Shown: positions 44,603 to 52,298 of the stretch, piece after piece
How the letters are laid out: every line of letters begins with the position of its first letter
Numbering within the stretch: the first letter of the stretch is position 1
Program-made: the position numbers and the translations under genes
The notes under the pieces: generated by a model
Databases searched by the model: none
What the model was told of the DNA's origin: nothing
The model's input: only the letters and a program-made list of their open reading frames with translations
NCBI GenBank assembly: GCA_024277895.1
Contig: JAJRUH010000046.1
Span: forward strand, 557-64,556
DNA length: 64,000 bases
Direction of reading: 5' to 3'
Origin: Bacteroidota bacterium
GTDB lineage: Bacteria; Bacteroidota; Bacteroidia; Bacteroidales; JAADGE01

Positions 44603-44677
44603 GGTGGAAGATGGGACTCGAACCCACGACCCTCTGAACCACAATCAGATGTTCTAACCAACTGAACTACAACCACC
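44603..44677 (-). tRNA. tRNA-His (GUG), with encoded G-1
   Basis: Hand-folded cloverleaf. D arm GUUC/GAAC. Anticodon stem UCUGA/UCAGA with loop UUGUGGU. T arm GUGGG-UUCGAGU-CCCAU. Extra 5' G pairs with C73, as expected for His. Positions 5:68 and 6:67 are U-U. Confidence 0.8.
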
Positions 44678-44740
44678 ATTTTAAGAGTTTGCAAATATCA
44701 TATTATTTCATTTACTATGCAAACAAATTTTCAACTTTTT

Positions 44741-45487
44741 TTATTGATTCCAAAACCCTTGCTTCTTAACCACTTTTAATAACGATTTTGAGAAAGTAAT
44801 ATTATTTTCTTTTGTGTATCTCTTATCCGTAAATACTTGTGCCAAATTCTCCGTTCCGTTTTCTTCAATTAATTGTTTTGTAAAATCAGAGTCTTCAAGT
44901 TCTTGATAAATTTCATTAATATCATCATCCGAAAAATCTTTATAAGTTTCATAATGAACAACAGCATTTTGCGGCAGACGATCAGTTAAATACGGTGTTT
45001 CGTCGGGATATCCGATTGTTAAAGTCGTAACGGGAATAACACCTTTCGGAAGTTGCAACACATCAATAATCTTTTCTGCCGTATAGTTTGTAGTTCCCAT
45101 ATAACAAATTCCGAGACCTTCAGCTTCGGCAGCCAATGCACAATTTTGTGCAGTAATAACGGCATCAATACTTGCCGTGTAAAGCCACAAAAAATTATCA
45201 TAAGCCGGTTTTGCTTTTCGCAATTTACACCATTTGGAAAAACGATTTAAATCTGCACAAAATGTCAAAAGCAAAGGTGCTTGTTTCACTGCTTCCTGAT
45301 TAAAATGCAAAGGCAAAAGTTTATTTTTCATTTCTTCGTCTTGCGTAACAATAATACTGTATGCCTGCATATTTCCGGTATTCGAAGCTCTTATTCCGGC
45401 ATCTAAAATTATATTTAATATTTCTTTAGAAATTTTATCCTCTTTATACTTTCGTATCGATCTGTGATTTAATAATATATCTGTCAT
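44741..45487 (-). CDS. Nitroreductase-family NAD(P)H oxidoreductase
   Basis: 248 aa. N-terminal LNHRSIRKY and the overall nitroreductase fold pattern. Confidence 0.7.
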   Translation of the reverse strand: MTDILLNHRSIRKYKEDKISKEILNIILDAGIRASNTGNMQAYSIIVTQDEEMKNKLLPLHFNQEAVKQAPLLLTFCADLNRFSKWCKLRKAKPAYDNFLWLYTASIDAVITAQNCALAAEAEGLGICYMGTTNYTAEKIIDVLQLPKGVIPVTTLTIGYPDETPYLTDRLPQNAVVHYETYKDFSDDDINEIYQELEDSDFTKQLIEENGTENLAQVFTDKRYTKENNITFSKSLLKVVKKQGFWNQ

Positions 45488-45519
45488 TTTATTTATACTT
45501 TATGATTACGACTTTCAAC

Positions 45520-46143
45520 TTAATACCTCAAAGTTTCAATACCTTCACGAATTATTTTAATAACATCACCGGTGCAATCAGCAACAGTTGATGCCTCAAT
45601 TTTTCCGTAACCTCCGTCAATTACCGCTTCAACTGAATTATTATATTTCTCATAGATTAAAGACGGGTCGGTCATATATTCTCTTACTTCGTCATCGGCA
45701 TGTACCGAAGTTGATAAAACAGGGTTTCCCAATTCTCTTACGATTGTTGTAACTATCTCATTATCAGGAATTCTTACTCCGATAGTTTTTTTACTTTTTC
45801 TGAAAAAATTCGGAATATTATTATTTGCATCCAAAATAAAAGTAAACGGTCCGGGTAAATTTTTCTTTATAACTTTAAAAATATGGTTACTCATCGGTTT
45901 TGTATATTCCGATACCGAACTTAAATCATCAAAAATAAATGAGAAATCAGCATCTTTAAGTTTTACGCCTTTCAAATTTGCTAATTTTTCAACCGCCTTT
46001 CGATTATTAATATCACATGCAATTCCGTACACAGAATCCGTAGGTATTATAACAAGCGAACCGTTTTTAAGCAACTCAACAATGTTCCGGATTTGCGTCA
46101 TATCCGGATTTTTATCATAAATTTTTATAAACATATTCGGCAT
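45520..46143 (-). CDS. tsaC: Sua5/YciO/YrdC-family L-threonylcarbamoyladenylate synthase
   Basis: 207 aa. PTDSVYGIACD and GVRIPD motifs. Confidence 0.75.
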   Translation of the reverse strand: MPNMFIKIYDKNPDMTQIRNIVELLKNGSLVIIPTDSVYGIACDINNRKAVEKLANLKGVKLKDADFSFIFDDLSSVSEYTKPMSNHIFKVIKKNLPGPFTFILDANNNIPNFFRKSKKTIGVRIPDNEIVTTIVRELGNPVLSTSVHADDEVREYMTDPSLIYEKYNNSVEAVIDGGYGKIEASTVADCTGDVIKIIREGIETLRY

Positions 46144-46163
46144 TATTTCTTATTATTAATATG

Positions 46164-46171
46164 CAAAGATA
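46164..46171 (-). promoter_or_regulatory. Bacteroidota -7 box (TATCTTTG on the minus strand)
   Basis: Plus-strand CAAAGATA, 21 nt upstream of ATG 46143. Confidence 0.4.
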
Positions 46172-46406
46172 ACAATCTTAATTATCTGAAAAATATGTCG
46201 TATAATATTATTAATATTTATCTGGTCATAAAATATATTTTTCTAATCTTAATCTTTTCATTGAAATAAAATAATATACCAATATAGTTCAAATTTAAGA
46301 AAAAGTTTTGTTTTGCAGGTTTCCCCACATTACGTATGGTCTTTTGTGGGGGTATGTGCTGTTTGCAGTAAAAAGGGTTCTTTGTTTTTTGGGAATTTTA
46401 TAAGTT

Positions 46407-46446
46407 TATATAAAAAGAATCCTAATGCTGAAACATTAGGATTCTT
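46407..46446 (-). terminator. Rho-independent terminator of the amt gene
   Basis: Perfect 13-bp stem AAGAATCCTAATG/CATTAGGATTCTT with a 6-nt loop. T-run on the minus strand. Confidence 0.8.
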
Positions 46447-46484
46447 AAATAAATATTTGAAATTAATCAGAATTCAATATTTTC

Positions 46485-47705
46485 TTACAAAGCACCTTCA
46501 TCATAGGCTTTTTCTCCGAGTAAAGCGGCATCAAGTCCCATATCTTCAACTTCTTTTGATACTTTTACTTTAGTAATAAGATTTATTACTATAAGCATTA
46601 CATATGTAAAAACAAAAGCATAAGCAGCAGCTGCAATAACGGCAATAGTTTCCTTCATAAAGAAACTGAAGTTACCTTCTATTAAACCTGATTGTCCGTT
46701 AATAGTTGTTGAGGCAAATATTCCCAACATAATTGTTCCGAAAACGCCACCCATACCGTGTACGCCCCATACATCTAAAGCATCGTCCCATCCCCATTTA
46801 TTTTTGAACTGTACTGCCACAAAACAAAGTGAACCGGCGACAAGACCGATAACAATAGCTGCCCATAAAGGGACATAACCTGCTGCGGGAGTAATGGTAG
46901 CCAAACCTGCAACAAAACCTGTTAATAAACCTACAAACTTTGGTCGTCCTTCTTTAATCCATTCTATTACTAACCAAGTGATACCTGCCACCGAAGCAGC
47001 AACATCAGTATTTAAAAATGCGGTTGTTGTAACAGCATCAACTTTTAACTCGCTGCCGGCATTAAAACCGTACCAGCCAAACCAAAGCAAACCTGTTCCG
47101 ATAGCAACTAACGGAATACTGTTTGGCGGTGATTTGGTATCTTTTCTTTTTCCGACATAAATAACAGATGCTAATGCGGCAAAACCTGCTATTGCATGAA
47201 CAACAATACCTCCCGCGAAATCAAGAACGCCCCATTCTGCTAATAATCCGCCACCCCAAACCATATGAACGAACGGATAATAAACAAAAATTTGCCAAGC
47301 TACCAAGAAAATTAAATACGCTTTAAATGTAATTCTGTTTACAAAAGCTCCTGTGATAAGAGTAGGAGTAATTACGGCAAACATCATCTGGTAAGCTATA
47401 AAAATATATGTCGGATATTTACCGTTGGCACCGGAATATGCTTGGTCAAATGGTATTCCGTTTAAAAATGCCCAATCAAAATTACCGAAAATCGCACCTT
47501 CTCCGCCACTAAAACAAAGAGAATATCCGAATCCTATCCATAAAATTGTAGTAATCCCTAATGACACAAATGTTTGCATCATTATACCCAAAATGTTTCT
47601 TTTACCGGCCAATCCTCCGTAAAAGAATGCCAACCCGGGTGTCATTAACATTACAAGACTCGTACTGAGAATCATAAATGTTGTAGTTCCTGTATCAAAA
47701 CCCAT
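46485..47705 (-). CDS. amt: Ammonium transporter (Amt family)
   Basis: 406 aa with about 11 TM segments. Conserved DFAGGIVVHAIAG and DVWGVHGMGG regions. Confidence 0.9.
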   Translation of the reverse strand: MGFDTGTTTFMILSTSLVMLMTPGLAFFYGGLAGKRNILGIMMQTFVSLGITTILWIGFGYSLCFSGGEGAIFGNFDWAFLNGIPFDQAYSGANGKYPTYIFIAYQMMFAVITPTLITGAFVNRITFKAYLIFLVAWQIFVYYPFVHMVWGGGLLAEWGVLDFAGGIVVHAIAGFAALASVIYVGKRKDTKSPPNSIPLVAIGTGLLWFGWYGFNAGSELKVDAVTTTAFLNTDVAASVAGITWLVIEWIKEGRPKFVGLLTGFVAGLATITPAAGYVPLWAAIVIGLVAGSLCFVAVQFKNKWGWDDALDVWGVHGMGGVFGTIMLGIFASTTINGQSGLIEGNFSFFMKETIAVIAAAAYAFVFTYVMLIVINLITKVKVSKEVEDMGLDAALLGEKAYDEGAL

Positions 47706-47748
47706 AATTATAAATTTTAGTTATTATTAAATTAAGAAAAATGTATTT

Positions 47749-48495
47749 CTAAAATGAAAATCCGGCTACAAAATATATTTTTTCTGCTTGCGGATTTGTT
47801 ATTACCGATAACGTTAACGGCAGCTTATAATCCGTTGTTATTTTAATTTTTTTAGTGGCTGTAATACCCAAATTTACAACACCTAAATAATTGCCGTAAT
47901 AGCCCGTTTCGCCTTTATTTAAATCTACATGGGTTAAATTTGCCCCCATAAAAGCATCAAAATATTTAAACGAATAAGTTAATTCCGCATAAGTTGAGAA
48001 TTGATTTTCTCCTGTTGTTCCGTCATCATTTATTTTTTTGGCATCTGCTCCGTATACATTAGTTGCAATTACAGCAGATAAAGGGAATTTTTCTGTTCCG
48101 TTAAATGTCAGCGATGCTTCAAAAACATGACCGGTGGTTTCTTTTTTATAATTAAAGTAATTTTGATTAAGTAAATAATTTTGAAAATAATAATCGGTTA
48201 TCATTACCGTAAACATTTCTTTGTAAAAAGTATATCCAAGATATAAATCGGACTCTTGATAACCCTGAAATTTAACAGCATAAGCACCCCAAGCACCTGC
48301 TTTAAAGCCTGATTTGCGATACTCAATACCCGGCTGAATGCAGGGCGACGCTCCAAAATCGGAACCTCTCCATATATATCTGCTCATTAAATCACAGCTA
48401 ATACTAATCGGGCTTTCTTCTTTGCCGGTTTTTTCTTGTGCATATAAGTTACTAAATATTATTGCCAATAAAACTATAAAACTATATTTCTTCAT
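47749..48495 (-). CDS. Predicted outer-membrane beta-barrel protein (porin-like) upstream of amt
   Basis: 248 aa with signal peptide MKKYSFIVLLAIIFSNLYAQ. Alternating aromatic/Gly-rich strands. Terminal ...FVAGFSF. Confidence 0.55.
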   Translation of the reverse strand: MKKYSFIVLLAIIFSNLYAQEKTGKEESPISISCDLMSRYIWRGSDFGASPCIQPGIEYRKSGFKAGAWGAYAVKFQGYQESDLYLGYTFYKEMFTVMITDYYFQNYLLNQNYFNYKKETTGHVFEASLTFNGTEKFPLSAVIATNVYGADAKKINDDGTTGENQFSTYAELTYSFKYFDAFMGANLTHVDLNKGETGYYGNYLGVVNLGITATKKIKITTDYKLPLTLSVITNPQAEKIYFVAGFSF

Positions 48496-48595
48496 CTCTT
48501 TTACTGTTTAAAAAATAACAAAGCAAAAATGTAAGAAATATTATTTTTATACAATTGTGTGATTGCGTATAATAATATAAGTGTTTTACGTAGTT

Positions 48596-49255
48596 TTACA
48601 ATTCAATTATATTATTTTTAATGGCAAACTTTACTAAATCGACTGTGCCGTTTAAATTGAGTTTATGCATTATGTTAGTTTTATGTGTTTCCACTGTCCG
48701 GATACTGATGTTTAATTTTTCTGCAATATCCTTATTATGTAAACCCTCTACTACATAAAGTAAAATTTCGTTTTCTCTTTTAGTCAATTTCCGCAATTTA
48801 TCATCGGAAACATTATTACCGTATTTTGCACTTTTAAGATAACTTTTCAGAATAGTGTCCGATATGGTTTTGCTAAAATATTCACGCCCGTCAGACACTT
48901 CGTTTATTGCCTTTAAAAGTTCGTTGCGAGTAATATTTTTGGGTAAATAACCGTTTACTCCCGATTTAATTGCATTGAAAATAAAATCTTCAGAAGTGTA
49001 CATAGATAACATCAACTTCTTGATTTTCGGGAAATGTGACGAGAGTATTTTTGAAACTTCAATACCCGACATAGTCGGCAAAGAAACATCCAATAAAACA
49101 ATATCAGGAATTTGTGTTTTGAGTAAATCAAAAAGTTCGTAAGCATTTTTCACCTCTCCGATAACTTTAATATTAAGACTATCTGACAAAAGGGCTTTTA
49201 TACCGTCTCTTACAATTTGATGGTCATCAACCAAAATAATTTTTATTTCACTCAT
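48596..49255 (-). CDS. Response regulator, NarL/LuxR family
   Basis: 219 aa. Receiver domain (ILVDDH...DIVLLDVSLP) and a LuxR-type HTH (LTKRENEILLYVVEGLHNKDIAEKLNISIRTVETHK). Confidence 0.85.
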   Translation of the reverse strand: MSEIKIILVDDHQIVRDGIKALLSDSLNIKVIGEVKNAYELFDLLKTQIPDIVLLDVSLPTMSGIEVSKILSSHFPKIKKLMLSMYTSEDFIFNAIKSGVNGYLPKNITRNELLKAINEVSDGREYFSKTISDTILKSYLKSAKYGNNVSDDKLRKLTKRENEILLYVVEGLHNKDIAEKLNISIRTVETHKTNIMHKLNLNGTVDLVKFAIKNNIIEL

Positions 49256-51023
49256 TTTTCTTTTTGTTAAGAGGGATTTTAATAATAATTTTTGTTCCTT
49301 TTCGGATTTTAGAAATTATTTCAAGTGTACCTGACAATAATGCGACTCTGTCTTTTATATTATTGAGTCCGTTTGATTTTATATTTTTGTTTTCAGAAGG
49401 GTCAAAACCACATCCGTCGTCTTCTATCTTAATAGTAACTATATCGTTTTTAAATGAAAGACAGATACGCACATTGTTTGCATCAGCGTGTTTAATTATG
49501 TTTGTCAGAGCTTCTTGAATGATTCTGAAAAGGTATATTTTAACTTCTGAATCAATATCTTTACCCGAGCCTTCCGCTTCATATTTTACAGTAATTTCTG
49601 TTGTTTCATTAATTTCGTTGCAAATATTTCTGACAGAGGTTGCTAAGCCAAATTCCGATAAAGCCGCAGGCATTAAATTATTGGATATTCTGCGAGTTTC
49701 TTCAATTGTTTTATCAAAAAGCAAACTCAAATCTGAAAAACTGTTCGATTTGAGCTTTAATTGATTCAGGTAACTTTCGTATTTCAATTTAAGCCCTATT
49801 AGTAATTGCCCCAAACTATCATGCAATTCTCTGGACAATCTCTGTCTTTCGGTTTCTTGTCCGTCAAATAAAGAACGTAAACTTTTGGATTTCTCAATTT
49901 CTAACTCTTTGGCTTGTTTTTTCAGCTTAACAATCATTTGATTAAAAGTCTCTGTTAATTCCCCGATTTCGTCGTCTGAATTATTATGTATTTCAACATC
50001 CAAATTTCCCGTTCCAACCTCATGGGCAGCTTGATTTAGTTTTTGAATCGGATAGGTTATTTTTTTTGAAAGTACTATAATTAGAATCAAAACTATTAGA
50101 AAAATAAAAATACTGATGAAGATTATTTCACTTCGTATTTTATAAATCGGAACAGTAACTTCTTCGAAATCAATCTCTACAAGAACAGCCCAATTAAGAT
50201 TGGGTATTTTTATCATGCTATATGAACTCAATACTTTAATATCCCGATAATCATCAATGACTTTTGTACCCGGTTTATTTGCAAATACAGAATCAACCGC
50301 TTCTGTTTTTACAAGGGTATTTAATATGGAATTAGTTTGAAATCGCGAAGAACTTCGCATTAAATAATCCGATCCTACCAAATACGACTCCCCCGATTTT
50401 CCCAATCCGTTGGAAGGTTCATTATTGAGCATTATGGCATCAACGGCACTCGGCAGTATTTCAAATACAATCATACCGACAGGATTATTTAGCGAATCTG
50501 TTATCTTTGAACTTATGGTAAGAAACTTACTTAAATGCTCTGTTTTAGAAAAATCGTTAAAAAGAATATATTTACTTGCAATGGTTTTATTCCATAACAA
50601 ATTATAGTTAATCGCATTTTCACTGTTTAATGTAACAGGATATACAAATTTGTTCCGCCCTACAATATAGATATTATGATAGTATTCTTTTGATATTTCA
50701 TTCACAAACAGGTTGTTTGTTTTAAAGATATGACGATTGATTATTGTAAAATCAGAAGTACCGTTTAAGGTGTTAATTCTATTTACAATATTCTTAATAT
50801 CAGACGATACAGCGGCTAATTGAATATCTTTTTTACAATTATAAAAGAAACTTTCTAACAAGTTGGTTTTTATTACCCTAACCGAATTTATCTGATCAAA
50901 AGATCGGTCTAGAATGGCAATCTTAGCTTTATAAAATGAAAATGATGCTACAATAACGATAATAATAATGCTTAATAGAAATGATGCTATTATTAATTTA
51001 TCGGTTATTGAAAATCGTCTCAT
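49248..51023 (-). CDS. Sensor histidine kinase (HisKA_3 type) with a large extracytoplasmic domain and HAMP
   Basis: 591 aa. Two TM segments bracket a ~265-aa outside region. HAMP (PIQKLNQAAHEVGTGNLD...DEIGELTETFNQM). H-box RELHDSLGQ. ATPase DDGCGF. Overlaps the regulator gene by 8 nt. Confidence 0.85.
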   Translation of the reverse strand: MRRFSITDKLIIASFLLSIIIIVIVASFSFYKAKIAILDRSFDQINSVRVIKTNLLESFFYNCKKDIQLAAVSSDIKNIVNRINTLNGTSDFTIINRHIFKTNNLFVNEISKEYYHNIYIVGRNKFVYPVTLNSENAINYNLLWNKTIASKYILFNDFSKTEHLSKFLTISSKITDSLNNPVGMIVFEILPSAVDAIMLNNEPSNGLGKSGESYLVGSDYLMRSSSRFQTNSILNTLVKTEAVDSVFANKPGTKVIDDYRDIKVLSSYSMIKIPNLNWAVLVEIDFEEVTVPIYKIRSEIIFISIFIFLIVLILIIVLSKKITYPIQKLNQAAHEVGTGNLDVEIHNNSDDEIGELTETFNQMIVKLKKQAKELEIEKSKSLRSLFDGQETERQRLSRELHDSLGQLLIGLKLKYESYLNQLKLKSNSFSDLSLLFDKTIEETRRISNNLMPAALSEFGLATSVRNICNEINETTEITVKYEAEGSGKDIDSEVKIYLFRIIQEALTNIIKHADANNVRICLSFKNDIVTIKIEDDGCGFDPSENKNIKSNGLNNIKDRVALLSGTLEIISKIRKGTKIIIKIPLNKKKNE

Positions 51024-51214
51024 CTTAATAATTTGTTGTTAAAAATTATTTTATGTTTTTTTTAGTTAAGTTGTCTCTATAGTCCGGATTCTATTTTATT
51101 ACAAAATTAGTATAAATTCTTATGTAAGGAAATACAATTCTTTTGACCTTTTTGAGTTAAAATTGTATGAATATTAAGCGTACTATTGCGTATTGAACAT
51201 CTGTTATTTTATTC

Positions 51215-51616
51215 TTGTTCATTTATTCTGTGTTATCAACAATTGCAAATAAAGCATGGCAGGAGGAGTTGCACCTTGTACAAAACAAACAACAAAAAAT
51301 ATTCAAATCTGTTGATAATTGCAGAGTTACAAATCTTTCCGGACTATTCGGCGGATTGGCAGCAATATTTGTCGTTGATAATTTAAGTGTCGCAAGCCAA
51401 CTTTCAGGTATCGGTATTACAATTCTAATTGCTGCTGTTTCAGTTTTTTTGTCGGAAAAATTGTTTCTCTTTTCGGAAAAAGAAAAGTTCCGTATATTGA
51501 TGCGGAAGAATTTGAAGACGCAGAATAATTTCAAAAAAAGTTATACGTTTAAAGTCGGTTTTTCAGCCGACTTTTTTATTGTGCCTGCAAAACAAAAACA
51601 GTCGGACGTTTATTAA
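51215..51616 (+). CDS. Questionable small membrane protein ORF (TTG start)
   Basis: 133 codons with two hydrophobic segments (LFGGLAAIFVV, GIGITILIAAVSVFL). However there is no ATG start, a terminator hairpin lies inside its last 22 codons, and its 3' end overlaps rsmI. Confidence 0.25.
   Translation: MFIYSVLSTIANKAWQEELHLVQNKQQKIFKSVDNCRVTNLSGLFGGLAAIFVVDNLSVASQLSGIGITILIAAVSVFLSEKLFLFSEKEKFRILMRKNLKTQNNFKKSYTFKVGFSADFFIVPAKQKQSDVY
51551..51578 (+). terminator. Rho-independent terminator (plus-strand orientation)
   Basis: Stem AAAGTCGG/CCGACTTT with an 8-nt loop, then TTTTTTATT. Confidence 0.6.
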
Positions 51617-52289
51617 TTTGCGGCTTTTGTTTTTTCCATTCCGAAATTGTTTTAGTTTTTATATATTCTGAAGATAAAGTTATGTCAGCGGCAATACAAA
51701 ATAAAGTATTATTTCGACAGGTTTTCAAAACAGCATCAAACATTTTTGTATTTCGAAAAGGCGTTTCCATAAAAATTTGTGATTGATTTTCAGTTTTAGA
51801 CTTTCTTTCTAATTCCTGAATTTTTTTTATACGCTCACTGTCATTTATAGGCAAATATCCGTTAAAAGCAAAATTTTGTCCGTTCATACCAGAAGAAATT
51901 AATGCCAATAAAATAGAAGAAGGACCGACTAACGGAACAACTTCAATATTTTTTTTATGTGCAATTCTAACAACATCAGCACCCGGATCGGCAATGCCCG
52001 GATTTCCGGCTTCCGAGATAATTCCTGCGGAATTTCCTGAAAAACAAGGCTCTAAATAAGCTGAAATATCTGAAATATCAGTATGTTTATTAAGTTCAAA
52101 AAAGGTTATTTCATCAATATTTTTTGTTGCCGAAACTTTTCTGATATATCGCCTTGCAGTTCGAATATTTTCTACAATAAAATAGTGCAGGTTTGTAATG
52201 ATTTCAACTACATATGCAGGTATTACCTCATTTATTTCACTATTTCCCAATGTAGTAGGAATTAAATATATTTTACCTTTTTTGTTCAT
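51576..52289 (-). CDS. rsmI: RsmI-like SAM-dependent (tetrapyrrole-methylase fold) 16S rRNA 2'-O-methyltransferase
   Basis: 237 aa. LIPTTLGN, EAGNPGIADPG and the overall family pattern. Confidence 0.7.
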   Translation of the reverse strand: MNKKGKIYLIPTTLGNSEINEVIPAYVVEIITNLHYFIVENIRTARRYIRKVSATKNIDEITFFELNKHTDISDISAYLEPCFSGNSAGIISEAGNPGIADPGADVVRIAHKKNIEVVPLVGPSSILLALISSGMNGQNFAFNGYLPINDSERIKKIQELERKSKTENQSQIFMETPFRNTKMFDAVLKTCRNNTLFCIAADITLSSEYIKTKTISEWKKQKPQINKRPTVFVLQAQ

Positions 52290-52298
52290 TTTAATAAT

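Noticed and set aside
46313-46573. 86-aa plus-strand ORF
   Set aside because: It crosses the amt terminator hairpin and runs antisense into the amt 3' end, with no supporting features.
51223-51534. 103-aa minus-strand ORF
   Set aside because: It is antisense to the (itself doubtful) 51215-51616 ORF. The translation lacks membrane or globular character, and no promoter box was found upstream.
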